DNA of 64,000 bases from contig NC_086097.1 in the NCBI RefSeq assembly GCF_963921235.1, positions 23,066,001 through 23,130,000 of the forward strand. The letters are read 5' to 3'. This DNA comes from Mobula hypostoma. Its lineage: Eukaryota. The translations under genes and the position numbers were made by a program. The notes under the pieces were generated by a model, which did not search any database, had not been told where the DNA came from, and was given only the letters and a program-made list of their open reading frames with translations. Positions 36,050 to 48,767 of the stretch are shown one piece after another; positions within the stretch are counted from its first letter, which is position 1; every line of letters starts with the position of its first letter.

Positions 36050-37404
36050 CATCATCATCATCAGGTGCCATGCTCAGTTTGAGCTTTGACTGCCATGGCC
36101 CACACACCCCTGTTTTGGGTCAAGTGGATCAATTCATTGGTATTCATTTCCAGTTCTCTGGCTGCTGTCTCCAACATCATTTGTCTTTGTCTGCCTCTTT
36201 CTTTCTTCCCTTCAATCTTTCCCATAATTACCGTGCATTCTAACTCCTCTTTCCTAATCACATGTCCAATGAAGTTACGTTGCCTTTTCATGATCTCATA
36301 CATTATTTCTCTTTTTGTGTTTGCTCTGTTCATTACATCCTCGTTAGATATTCGTTTTGTCCATGATATTCTTTGTATCCTCCTCAAAAATCACATCTCT
36401 GCTGCTATAATCCGTTTCCTCATGTTACTAGATATTGTCCAACATTCTGAGCCGTATAAAATAATTGGATAAACGTAACATTTCAGTACTCTGAGACGGG
36501 TTGTCATACCTAGTTTAGTGTTGGTCAGTCTACTCTTCATTCTTGTAAAGGTGTCTTTTGCCATCCCTATTCTTCTTTTGATGTCCAAGTCGCACCTGCC
36601 ATCTGATGTCACCCAGCTTCCTAAGTAGCAAAAGTTCTGTACTTGTTTTATGTCTTCCCCGTTTATTCTCAGCCTGCAGATAGGATTCTCCTTCTTTTTG
36701 GATATCACCATACATTCTGTCTTTTTGCAATTGATAGATAGACCCATTTTTGCACTCTCTTCAACAATTATATCAATTAAGTTTTGTAGTTCTTCCTCCG
36801 TACTTGCATTTAACACAGTGTCATGTGCATATCTGAAATTATTATGTTTTCACTGCCAACTTTGATTCCCAAGATGTCTCTTATTTTTCGTAATATTGTT
36901 TCACTGTACACATTAAATCAGGGGAGAAAACACACCCTTGTCTAATGCCGCTCTTGATTTTCGTAAACTGACTCACTTCTCCATCTATTCTCACAGTAGC
37001 AGTTTGTTCCCAGTACAGATTTCTGATTAAGCGGAGGTCTTTCAAATCTAGATCCAGAGTTTTCTGTAATATTTCAAATAATTTATTGTGTTTCACTTTA
37101 TCAAATGCTTTTCTGTAGTCGATAAAGCAAACAAACAAATCTTTTTGTACTTGACTAGCTCATTCTAATAGTATTCTTAACATCAATATTGTGTTTCTTG
37201 TACCTTTGTCTTTCACAAAACCACATTGTTCTTTGCCTATTTCAGCTTGTATCTTACTTTTAGCTCTTGTCATCAAAATTCTTAGAAGTACCTTGGTGAT
37301 ACGGCTCATTAAACTTATGGTCCTATGTAATTCACATTCTATTGCTCCAGCTTTCTTAGGAAGAGTGATAAATACTGATTTTTTTCATCTCTACTGGTAT
37401 TATT
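36050..37404 (-). mobile_element. RTE-clade LINE, 5'-truncated, moderately young
   Basis: RT and C-terminal motifs CFIDYRKAFDKV, GIRQGCVFSP, FCYLGSWVTSDGRC, ILYGSECWT, RRIQRISW; (tga)n tail; possible TSD ccat(t/a)cacat (36040-49 / 37405-14). Confidence 0.9.
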
Positions 37405-38242
37405 CCATACACATACACACCATATTGAATCGTGCTGCAGGCTTGAGGCCCACTTTGTCAAACACCTCTGTTCAGTCCAGCATATACCGGAGGCTTCTCA
37501 GCATAAACTGATTGTCAAATTCCACGTGATTCATTTCTGCAAAGTTGAAGTGAATGGGTTAATAATCATTGCAAGCTTGGGGTGCATTTGTCCTATTCTT
37601 TATTTACGACTGTAGTAGTTATTTTTTAACCATCCATTGTCATAGTGCCTTGAGCTTTTGAAGTGCATCTTGATCACTGACTGGCAAACAGTGTTCCAGA
37701 ATTTCCAATGTGCATCCAAGCATTCAGAATGTGCTCCCAGCAGGGAAACTCCCTGCCTGCAGCACAAGACTAAGTGCACCACTCATCACCGGGATTGATT
37801 TGTCGGCTTGCATTCGGATGATTGAGTAGATTGTCTTTATAATGCTGTAATATCCCATCTTGTGGAAGAGGTTTACAACACTACATCTGGCACTTATATA
37901 GCACCTTGAAAGTTGTAAGAAGTTATAAGGTGCTTCACAAAAGTGCCAACGCACTAGAAAGTTGAGGTTAGGCAAACAGGAAACAATAAAACTGATGATA
38001 AATCAGAATCAGGTTTACAGTCACTGACATTAGTTGTGAATGATGTTGTTTTGTGGCAGCAGTACAGTGCAGGCACAACAAATCACCATAAGTTGCAATG
38101 TATATAAAATAATGCAAAAGAGGAATAACAAGATAGCGATTATGGGTTCATGGATCATTTAGAAATCCAATGGCAGAGGAGAAGAAGCTATTCCTAAAAT
38201 AATGCATGTCATCTTCAGGCTCCTATACCTCATCCCTCATGG

Positions 38243-39430
38243 CAGGGATCCCCAACCTTTTTTGCACTGCGGACCGGTTTAATATTGTCAATATTCTTGC
38301 GGACCGGCCGACCTGAGGGTGGCGGGGTGGGGGTGGTAGGGTTGCCAACGGACAAGGGTAGCAGCCTAATACATTGTGATTACCCAGAGAATGACTACAA
38401 TGACCATGAAGCCTTGTGCAGGCACCAGTGCGCATGCGTGACCTGCGCATACGTGTATGTGCTGATTTTTTTCTCTGCAAATCGTTTTTGGCGATTCTGT
38501 TCTGGGGGGGCGGGTGTTAATCACATCCGGAATATAGGTGATAAGTGGCTAATACACTCAATTTCGTTTCTAAAAGGGTTTATCTAACGAATTTAATATT
38601 AAACACACAGCGCATATTTTCCTCGCATGAATGTAGTGATAAGTCAATTATCAGGGGAGGACAGGGGAGCTTGAAGTAAGTATTGAATGAACTTCCAGTA
38701 TAAGTGGCAGAAGCAGGTTCGATATTATCTTTTAAAGAAACATTGGACAACTATATGGACAGGAAAGGAATGGAGGGTTATGGGCTGAGTGCAGGTCGGT
38801 GGGACTAGGTGAGAGTAGTGTTCGGCACGGACTAGAAGGGCCGAGATGGCCTGTTTCCGTGCTGTAATTGTTATATGGTTATATAAGTCAATAGCATCAT
38901 AACATTTTAAGTAACGTTTGGATATTAAACACACAGCACATATTTTCCCCATATGAACATATAAAATCATTGCAACACTGTATCAGTGGGCTTGTTTCCC
39001 TGCAACAAGACGGTCCTATCAAGGGGTGATGGGATACAGCGATACTCGAACAGGGTTCCTTATGTCCCGTTTATTCCGCAATTTAGTTTTCGTTGCATTC
39101 ATTGCGGAGATATGTTGGAAATGGAAGCAACATTTTCAGTGCTTTCGTGGCTGTCTCAGGATATTCATCCTTGACTTTGATCCAGAATGCCGGCAGAGAT
39201 GTTATGTCAAACATACTTTTCAGCCCGTCGTCATTTGCAAGCTCGAGGAGTTGATCTCCTTCCCGCGCTGACGTGGATGATGCGTGGGTCATGACCTCGC
39301 GTGCGTACAAGCTCAACAGTGGGCATAACAGGTAATGAGGAAAGGTGCAGCTGACTCATATCACCAAATCATATGGTTTCCTCACAGCCCGGTAGCACAT
39401 GCTTTGCGGCCCGGTGGTTGGGGACCACTG
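38243..39430 (-). mobile_element. Non-autonomous hAT (Charlie/SPIN/Buster-type) transposon with transposase remnant and internal CR1 tail
   Basis: 15-bp TIRs cagggatccccaacc / ggttggggaccactg; 8-bp TSD cctcatgg / ccttatgg; FWIKVKDEYPETATKALKMLLPFPTYL is the hAT dimerisation domain; inserted into a Rex1 fragment (about 38000-39560). Confidence 0.9.
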
Positions 39431-40246
39431 CCTTATGGTAATAATGAGAAGAGGGCATGAGCTGGACAGTGTGGGTCCTTAATGATGGATGTCGCCTTTT
39501 TGAGGTACCGCCTGTTGAGGATGTCCTCGGTCGGGAGGCTGTTGTCCTTGAGGAGACAAGGGTCAAATTTAAAGTTTTTAGGGGATGGAGGAGAGAACAA
39601 GAAATTCAGAGGACAAAGGGGAAAATGAAATGGCATTAGTAAGTAAAATTAAGAACCCTTAAACTTTTTAGAAGCATATTTGAAGCAAGGGGTTAGCCAA
39701 TGAAAGATTAATTCCTCTCTAGGACCAGAGGACCCATGTATGTGGGAAACCAGGGTATTTCAGCAAGGTGCTGAATGAAACCTTTCATTGGTACTCACCA
39801 GGAAGAAGTTTGTGGAGACTAGAGAGGTTAGGGAGAGCATGTGCTGATATTGTAGGGCATGTTTATTGAAGGAAATGGGAAGTGTTAGAAATGGTGGAAC
39901 ACATTAGAGTAGCCACAGTCTATCCCAGGATGCTAAGTAAAGTAAGGGAAAAGGTTACTGGGCATCTGACACAAATGAGGTGGCAGATGTTTGGTAAATA
40001 AATGTTGTTATCCCTTATTCAAAAATATGGGCTGTAGGGATAAGCCTAGATGTTGCAGACTGGTGTGCCTGATAACAGTGATAGGGAAGATGTTGGAGGA
40101 GTTTCTGAGGGATAGAATTTATGTTCACTTGAAAAAGCAAGGAGGGCTTTGGAGAAGTCAGCATTGTTTTGTACAAGGGAGATCATACCTCACAAATCTA
40201 ATTAAGTCTTTTTGAGGAGGTCATTAAAAAATTCATGAAGGTGGGA

Positions 40247-40720
40247 GATTCTGCAAATGCAGAAGTCTTGAAAAGCACACACAAAATGTGGGAACGCAGC
40301 AAGTCGGGCAGCATCTGTGGAAGGGATTAAACAGTTGGAGTTTCGGACTGAGACCCTTCATCAGGAATGGAAAGGAAGGGGACAGAAGTCAGAAGAAGAA
40401 GGTGGGGCGAGAGGAGGGTGTACCAGTTGACAGGTTATAGGTGAGACCGGGTGGGTGGGTTGGGAGGGAGTTGAAGTGAGAAGCTGGGAGGTGATAGCTG
40501 GAAAAGGTAAAGGGCTGAAGAAGAAGCAGTCTGATAGGAGAGGAGAGTGGACCATGGAAGAAAGGGAAGGAGGAGGGGCACAAAGGGAAGTGATGGGCAA
40601 GTAAAGAAAAGAGAAGTGATGAGAGGGAACTAGAATGAGGAATGGAAAAAGAGAGAAGGGGAGTGGGAAGAAATTACTGGAAGACAGAGAAATCATCATG
40701 GCCTCATCATGGCAGTAGAG
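40247..40720 (-). mobile_element. Penelope-like 3' fragment inserted in a degenerate CR1
   Basis: Terminus, degenerate hammerhead motif (40332-40369) and purine-rich UTR. Confidence 0.75.
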
Positions 40721-41032
40721 GAGGGCTTGAACAGGGAGCGCAGAAGAGGTTCACCAGGTTGTTGCCTGGAATGAGGACTGTGTTTATTCTCACTGGAGTG
40801 CAGGAGGCTGAGGGGTGATCGTATCGAAGTTAATATAATAGTAAGGGACATGTATAGGATAGATGGTCTTTTTTCCAGGGCAATGATTTACGATGAGAGG
40901 AGAGAAATTTAAAGAAGACCTAACTGATACAGTGGGTTACGGTTTTCTGGAATAAATTACCAGATGAGATGGTAGAGACAAATGCAAATACAGTGTATTT
41001 GCCTGTACAATTAAAAGGCTTTTGGACATGTA

Positions 41033-41536
41033 TAGTACAGTGTAAAGGTCTTAGGCTCGCTAGCTATATATATGTGTGCCTAAAATTTTGACACTACTGT
41101 ATTTGTCAACGTGGGAAGGAAAGCAAGTTTGTAAATCTGGCAGGAGCAAAGGATGTTGGGAATGGCAACATAGGAGGGATGAGGGACAGGTGGCAGAGAA
41201 TGAGTAACGGGGCAGGAGGGGGATGCGGGTGCAGACATACCCTGCACTGTGACACCGGGCAGGGTCCCTTAATTACAAACAATTGGTTTATTCATCATTG
41301 CTTCTTACTCCCTCTCCTCTCCTTTCCCCTTTTCCCAACCATGATTCCCCTCTCCCAGCCCCCTTCCTGCTGTCAGTCCTCAATGGAGACCCATATCAGA
41401 ATCATTCACATATGTCATGAAATTTATTTATCCTTTTGCAGCAGTACAGTGCAATACATAAAAATACTACAGTACTGAGCAAACATCTTAAGCTCCCTAG
41501 CTATATATATGTGCCTAAGACTTCTGCACAGTACTG
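41033..41536. mobile_element. Composite Tc1-type non-autonomous element (copy 3; mini-MITE at both ends)
   Basis: Mini-MITEs at 41033-41099 and 41470-41536 in direct orientation around about 370 bp of cargo; TA on both outer sides. Confidence 0.8.
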
Positions 41537-41871
41537 TACTTAGATAGGAGAACCATGAAGGGACATGGGCATAATGGATTAGTAACTAGAGAATACAGTC
41601 AGCATGGAGATGGTGTCAAATAAGTCCATGTCTCTGCTGCATGACTCAATGAGCCTGCAAGTTATATGTAGGAAGGGAGTTTCAGAGTTTTAGGGCTTGT
41701 ATCCCTTGCAAGTGTGCTGACACAACTGGTGAACCAATCAATTTCAGGTAACTGAGGAGCTCAGCGATCTTGCAAAACTGAAAGACTGGGAGGAGGTCAT
41801 AGCAGTGTGAATCTGGGCATGGCCGGGGATTCAGTAGGTATGCAGAATATCCATTTGCTCCAGGGTAGTGT

Positions 41872-42187
41872 GGGCGGCACGGTTACGTGATGCTTTACAG
41901 CACCGGTGATCAGGGGTTCAGTTCCCGCCGCTGTCTGTGAGGGCATTCTCCCCGCAACTGTGTGGGTTTCCTCCAGTTGCTCCATTTTCCTCCCACATTC
42001 CAAAAGACAGACGGGTCAGGATTAGGGAGTTGTGAGTATGCTGTGTTGGCGGTGGAAGTCTGGCATGACTTGTGGGCTGTCCCCCAGCACATCCTTGGAC
42101 TGTGTTGGTCATTGACACAGCAATGTATTTCACTGTATGTTTCAGTGTGTCGATTTACATGTGACAAATAACACTAATCTTTATCTT
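41872..42187 (+). mobile_element. V-domain SINE
   Basis: ggcggcacgg head, ggggttcagttccc B-box-like motif, V core, gacaaataacactaatctttatctt tail. Confidence 0.75.
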
Positions 42188-42510
42188 TAAAATTTTAAAC
42201 CTCTAGTGAAAATATAATGGCTATATAGTTTATGGGTTTAGGGCAAAAGGTGAAATATTTAAGTGCACTTTGAAGGTGGTGTGAGCTGCCAGTGGAAATG
42301 ATAATTGCAACATTTAAGTCAAGTTTTGATAGGTACATGGATAAGAGAGGTATGGAGGGTTATAGTATGGCTGCAGGTAGATCAGACCAAGCAGATAAAC
42401 AGGTTGGCACAAACCAGATGGGCCAAAAGACCTGTTTTTGTGTGCTGCACTGTTCTGTGACTACAAATTGCTCAGAAAGTTACTTAAATGAGTTTGGATA
42501 AGTAACTTAC

Positions 42511-42596
42511 CTTATTGGTATTTGGGGTGAAAGCTCCGCCTTTATGTGTCAGTAAGAAATTAATGGAGAAACCAACTTGTGTAAAGGTTGTTCTCT
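42511..42596 (-). other. Candidate spliced exon (86 nt), probably non-coding
   Basis: Minus strand: tttttccctttcccctttctccctgcag| acceptor and AAG|gtaagt donor, in unique sequence. Confidence 0.35.
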
Positions 42597-43680
42597 CTGC
42601 AGGGAGAAAGGGGAAAGGGAAAAATGACATTGAATTCTTGCTCATGATTGTCATCTTAATGACTAATACCAGTGGGCATATATTTAAATGATTGGAAGAA
42701 AGGATACGAGGGATGTCAGAGTTACGTTCTTTAGACAGTGTGTGGTGGGTGCATGGAATTCCCTGCTGGTCATGGTGGTAGATTCTGATACATTTAAGAA
42801 GCTCTTAGGTAAGCATGAACATGAGATTCTGCAGATACTGGAAATCCAAAGCAATGACACACAGAATGCTGGAGGGGAACTCAGCAGGTCAGGCAGCATC
42901 AATGGAAATGAACAAACAGTCGACATTTTGGGTCAAGACCTTTCTTCAGGACTGGAAAGGACAGATAGGCACACGAGTGGATAGAAAATAGTGGGCTGTG
43001 TAAAAGGGAAGGGTTAGATTGATATTGGAGTAGGTCGGCAAAACATCACAGGCTGCAGGGCTTGTACTGTGCTGTAGTGTTCTATGTTCAAATGCATCAA
43101 CATATTCAAATTGCTCTGGAGACTCATTGCTCCTTACCTCTGTAAACTTCTCAGCCTGGTAATTCTCCGAGAATTCTGTGTTCACACAAATGAGCAATCC
43201 TGAACCTAATTCCTCCCCAACTAGTTTGCAAATTTCATCTGTCCAGAATCCTAAGCTTTACTACATTTCTGTTACTTTAAGGTGCCAATATAAAGCCCAT
43301 CTCTTTGACTAAGCCTTTGCTCATTTAGCCTAATACCTCCTTATCCAGCTCAACATTTGATAATACACCTGCTCTGCCCTTTGGGACATTTTTGGCTAAA
43401 TGTTAAATTGGCCTCCTGAGCTCTGAAAAGTCACTCTTCCAAATCCTATAAAACAAGATGGGATGATGGACTGGCTGGCAAGCAGTAGGAGACAGCTGGC
43501 ATTTGTGAGGATGCTGAACTGTTTAAAAGGAGCTCTCACTGGCAGCTGAGATGGAGATTTCAGGAGAGTCTTATAAGAAGGAAAGAATAAAGCAGGACAG
43601 TCATCATTAAGTTGCCTAGTGAGTCTTCCAGTGAAACCTTGCACCCCCCAATCCTCCAGGTACTGTCTATAGTGACTTAC

Positions 43681-43722
43681 CTTAAATGGTCTCTTGTAAT
43701 CTTTGCATGTTGTTTCTCTCAC
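43681..43722 (-). other. Candidate 42-nt exon beginning with a donor-like motif
   Basis: Minus strand: gttcttgtcag|GTGAGA...TTTAAG|gtaagt. Confidence 0.25.
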
Positions 43723-44700
43723 CTGACAAGAACTTGCAATAATGTCTGTTCTAACCTTGGGTGACCTGACATAAGTGTTTAAAAGAGCACAAAGAATATT
43801 TACAAGGATGTTGCCGGGACTGGAGGACCTGACTTATAAGGAAAGATTGAATAAGTTAGAACTTTATTCTTTGGACTGTAGAAGATTGAGGGGTGATCTG
43901 ATAGAGGTATACTAAATTATGAGAGATATAGATAGAGTAAATTCAAGTGGAATTTTTTTCACTGAGGTTAGGTGGGACTACAACTAGAGTTCATGGTTTA
44001 AGGGTGAGAGGTGAAATGTTTAAGGTAACATGAGGGGAAACTTACTCACTCAGAGGATCATGAGAGTGTGGAACGAACTGCCAGCACAAATGGTGAATGC
44101 AGTTTAAATGGTTTGGCACAGACTAGATGGGCCAAAGGGCCTGTTTCTGTGCTCTACTTTTCTATGACTCTATAAAATTGTGACAGACATAGACATGGTG
44201 GAGGGTAAGCAACTCTTTCGCGGGGCAGGGACATGCAAAACTTGGGATATTGTAGTGTGAGAGTGGAAAGATTTACAAATGATCTGAGGGGCATCTTTTT
44301 CATGCAGATGGTGCTGAGTATATGGGATGACCTGCCAGGGGATGTGGTTAAGGCAGGTGCAATAGTATCATAAAATATAGAACAGACTACAGGCACTTTC
44401 TCCCATGATGTGTCAACATTTTAACATACTCCAAAAACAATCTAACTTTTGGCAACTACAGAGCCCTCCATTTTTCATTCATCCATGTGCCTGTCTTAGA
44501 TGTCCCCAATGTATCTGCCTCTACCAGGCATTGCACTCCACACACCTGTCACTCTCTGTATGAAAAACCCACCTCTGACATCCGTTCTTTCCTCCTATTA
44601 GCCATTTCTGCCCTAGGAAAATGTCACTGACTATCTACACTATCTATGCCTCTTGCCATCTTTTATATCTGTATCAAGTCACCTCTCCTTTGCTGTAAAG

Positions 44701-44783
44701 CAGGGATTCCCAATCTGGGGCCCACATTCCCTTTGCTTAATGGAATTGGTTCACTGCATTAAAAAAAAGGTTGAAAACTCCTG
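44701..44783. mobile_element. 83-bp hAT MITE (degenerate copy) inside a minus-strand CR1 tail
   Basis: cagggattcccaa / ttgaaaactcctg ends; TSD ctgtaaag / ctccaaag (6/8). Confidence 0.7.
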
Positions 44784-46039
44784 CTCCAAAGCTAAAAGCC
44801 GTAGTTCGCTCTAACTTTCCTCATCAGATATTCTGTCCAATCCAGGAGGCATCCTGGTAAATCTCCTCCACAACTTCTCTATAGCTTCCACATCCTTCCT
44901 ATAATGACATGACCAGAAATGATCACAATACTCCAAACAAATTAATAATTATTTAAGAAGCATTTGGATAGGTAGATGCAGGGGGAGGGTGGTGTAGTTG
45001 GTGCTTGGAATGATATGAGCTGAGTGCATGAAATTAGGACTAGCTAGGTGGACATCTTGAGGCCCTTCAGCCCATTGAGTCCATGCCAAACCTGTTGCCT
45101 ATATTCATGCTGTATTTCTCTATGACTGTATGAAAAAGTTCAAAGGAAATTTTATTGTCAAAGTACGTTTATGTCGATGAAAGATCAACCAGAGTGCAGA
45201 AGACAACAAACTCTGCAAGTGCAAATATAAATAAGTAGCAATAAGCAATGAGAACATGAGATAATGAGATAAAGAAAAGTGAGATCATTGGTTGTTTGAA
45301 CATGTCAATGGATGGGCAACTGAATGTAATTATCCCCTTTTGTTCAACAGCCTGATGGTTCAACTGTTTTTGAACCTGGTGGTGTGTGTCCTGAGGCTCT
45401 TGTGCCTTCTACCTGATGGCATCAGTGTGAAGAGAGCATGGCCTGGTTGGTGGGGATCTTTGATGCTGAATGCTGTTTTCTTACGCTGTAGCTGCCTTCA
45501 AAACATGGACTTAAGCAGGTTTTCTTGGTCTCAGTTGTGCTATAACTGAAGTGGCTCATGTAATAGAAATAGTGTTTCCTAATCGATCAATCCTGTTGTA
45601 CCAATTCACATTATAGCAGAACTATCTTGATGTATTATTGGCTACAAATGACCACATAGATCACATGATGATGATGAAATGGGAGTTGTTCCTTGTGCTC
45701 AGAACATTTCGCCAAGCTCTTGGCTGTTTGGCATTTTGGCACAAAACAAAAAAAAGGCATTTGAATGACTGATATAAAAGAGAATACTTCCTTTCATATC
45801 ACTTGAAAAAGGCCTACTTGTTTAGATATACCTTTAGTAAAGAGAAAACAGCAAAATAAGACAACATGGGTGGGGGGTGGATATCTTCACAGAACGCTGG
45901 AGAAACTCAGTGGGTCAGGCAGCATCTATGGAGGAGAACAAGCAGCCAACATTTTGGGCCAAGACCTTTCATCAGGATTGGAAGGGAAAGGGGCAGAAAG
46001 ATTTACAGCATCTGCAAAATCTTTTATGTCTATAATGAT

Positions 46040-48529
46040 GAAAGATAAGAGCATAAGAAAGAGGATCAGAAGTAAAAAATAATTGGGTTGTCATGGTGGA
46101 TTTCAACTTCCCTGATATAAACTGGGATCTTCTTAGTGTAAGGGATTTAGACGGGGCTGAATTTGTTAAGTGTACCCAGGAATGTTTCTTAAATCAATAT
46201 GTGGACAGTCCAACGAGAGGAGGGGCCATACTGGATCTGATGTTGAGTAATGAGCCTGTCCAGGTGACTGACCTTTCAGCGGATGAGCCATGAGAGGACA
46301 GTGATTACAACTCCTTATCTTTCAGGACAGTTAGAGATAAAGGATAAGCATGGTCCTTGTGGAAGAGTTTTGAATTGGAGCAGGGCAAATTACGAGGACA
46401 TTAGGCAGGAACTAAGAAGCACTAACTGGGAACACTTTACTCAGGCAAATCCACATCAGACATGTGGAGGGTGCTTAAAGGTCAATTGCACAGAGTATGT
46501 TCCTGTCAGAAGGAAAGGGTGGGGATGGAAAGCTAAGAGAAACTTGGATGCCCAGAGAGGTGATGAATTTAGTCAAGAAGAAAAAGGAAAAGTATGTAAG
46601 GGTTCAGAAGTTAGGAACAAACAAAGCATATAAGGAGTATAAAGAAGACAGAAGAGAACTAAAGAAGGGAATTAGGAAAGCCAGGAGAGGCCACGAAAAG
46701 AACTTGGCAAGTAGGATTAAGGTGAATCTCTTGGGAGTCTATACATGCACGAAGAGTAAAAGGTAACTAGGGAGAGGGTGGGACCACTCAAGGATAAAGG
46801 GGGTAACATTTGCCTGGATGCAGAGAATGTGAGTGAGGTATCTAATAAGTACATTGCTTTGATACTTATCAAGGGAAAGTATATGGAGGACCAGGAGATC
46901 AGTGCTTGAGTGCATAAATACGTAAGAGCATTTAGACATGAAGGAGGAAGAAGTGTTGTGACTCCTAAGGAGTATTAAGGTGGATAAGTCCCCAGGGCCT
47001 GATGGATTTACCTCAGGTTATTGAAAAAGCAAGAGACGAGATCGTTGGGACCTTGACCCGTATCTTTATGTCCTTTCTAGCCATAGGCAAGGTCCCGGAG
47101 GACTGGTGAGTGGCTAATGTTGTACTTCTGTTTAAGAAGGGAACAAGGGAAAATCCTGGGAACTGTAGATGGGAGTGTTGTAGGGAAATAGCAGGGAAAT
47201 TTTTTAGGGATAGAATATATGAACATTTGGAAAGCCATAGCCTAATTAGGGAGAGCTACCATGGATTTCTGTGGGGCAGATCATGCCTTATCAACTTGAT
47301 TGAGTTTTTTTGACAAAGTGACAAGAGAGGCTGATGAGGGTAGGGCAGTGGATGTTGTCTGAATGGATGTTAGTAATGCATTTGACAAAGTCCCTCATGG
47401 GAGAGAAATCCAGAAGATTAAGATGCATGGGATCCGTGGCAATTTGGCTGTTTGGGATTCAGAACTGGCTTGCACATATGAGACAGAGGATAGTGTTTGA
47501 AAGAACATTTGAGCTGGAGGTCTGTAATTAATGGAGTTCTGGGACCTCTGCTGTTTATAATGTTAATAAATGACATGAATGAAAATGTAGATGGATGGGT
47601 TAGTAAGTTTGCAGATAATACCAAGATTGGAAGAGTTGTAGATGGTGTAGAAGACTGGCAAGGAATACAGCATGATATAGATCAGTTGCTGATATGGGCT
47701 GAGAAATGGCAGATGTTGTTTAATCCAGTAAATGTCCGGTTTTGTTCCTCGGTAGGGAAAATGCAAGGCGTCAATACACTGTTAAAGGCAAGGTCCTTAG
47801 CAGTGTTGCTAAGCAGTGAGATCTTGTGATCCAAGTTCATAGCTCCTTGAAAGTGGCTACAAAGATCAATAGGGTAGTTAAGAAGGCTTATGGAATACTT
47901 GCTTTTGTTATCAAGACATTGAGTTCAGGAGGTTATGTTGCAACTTTATAAAACCCTTGTTAGGCCACATCTGCAGTATTGTGTACAATTCTGCTCACCC
48001 CTCTATAGGAAGGATGTTGAGGCTTTGGAGAGGGTGCAAAGAGGTTTACCAGGATGTTGTCTGGGTTAGAGGGCATGTGCTATCACAAGAGGCTGGAAAA
48101 ACTTTGGTTGTTTTCTCTGCAGCGCCAGAGGCTGAGGGGAGATCTGATAGAGGTTCACAAGATTTTGAGAAGCATAGATCGAGTGGACAGAGTGTATCCA
48201 TTTCCTGGGGCTGAAATATCTAATACCAGAGGGCATACATTGAAGGTGAGAAGAGGTAGGTTCAAGGGGGATGTAAGGGGTGAGTTTTTTACTCAGAGAG
48301 TTGTGGATGCCTGGAATCCTCTGCCTGGAATGGTGGTAGAGGGAAGTAAATACATTACAGGCTTTTAAGAGATGTTTGGACAGGCATATGTCAGGAAGAT
48401 GCTGGGATATGGATATGGTGTAGGTAGGAGAGATTAGGGTTTGGGTGTTTTTGATTTGCTTTTTAGCTGGTTCAGCACAACATTGAGGGCTGAATGGCCT
48501 GTTTCTGTGCTGTACTGTTCTATGTTCTA
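46040..48529 (+). mobile_element. Degenerate CR1 LINE (end of endonuclease through RT to 3' tail)
   Basis: DFNFPDINWD, PTRGGAILDL, ANVVLLFKKG, LGPLLF...FADNTK and FFTQRVVDAWN motifs across many frameshifts. Confidence 0.88.
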
Positions 48530-48767
48530 AGTAGGGCTTCTGTTGGGCCTTGTCATTATCCATTAAGACTGTGGCTGATTTTCCTCACAAGTCACTTTGT
48601 TTTCCATAGAACGCAAGGATCTATCAATCTTAGACTTGAAGGAATTCAGCAGTGCAGTGTTTTGTGGGAATTTCAGCTCAAGCATTCTCCAGATATTTTT
48701 TGGCTAGATTGGGGAATTAGAGCTATTTTCTCTATGGTGGATGCCAAAAGTAAGAACATTCACTAAA

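Noticed and set aside
39083..39316. Host ZBED/SCAND3-like gene exon
   Set aside because: A short transposase remnant located between TIRs and an 8-bp TSD.
48066..48563. 165-aa minus-strand ORF
   Set aside because: Antisense shadow of a CR1 3' region.
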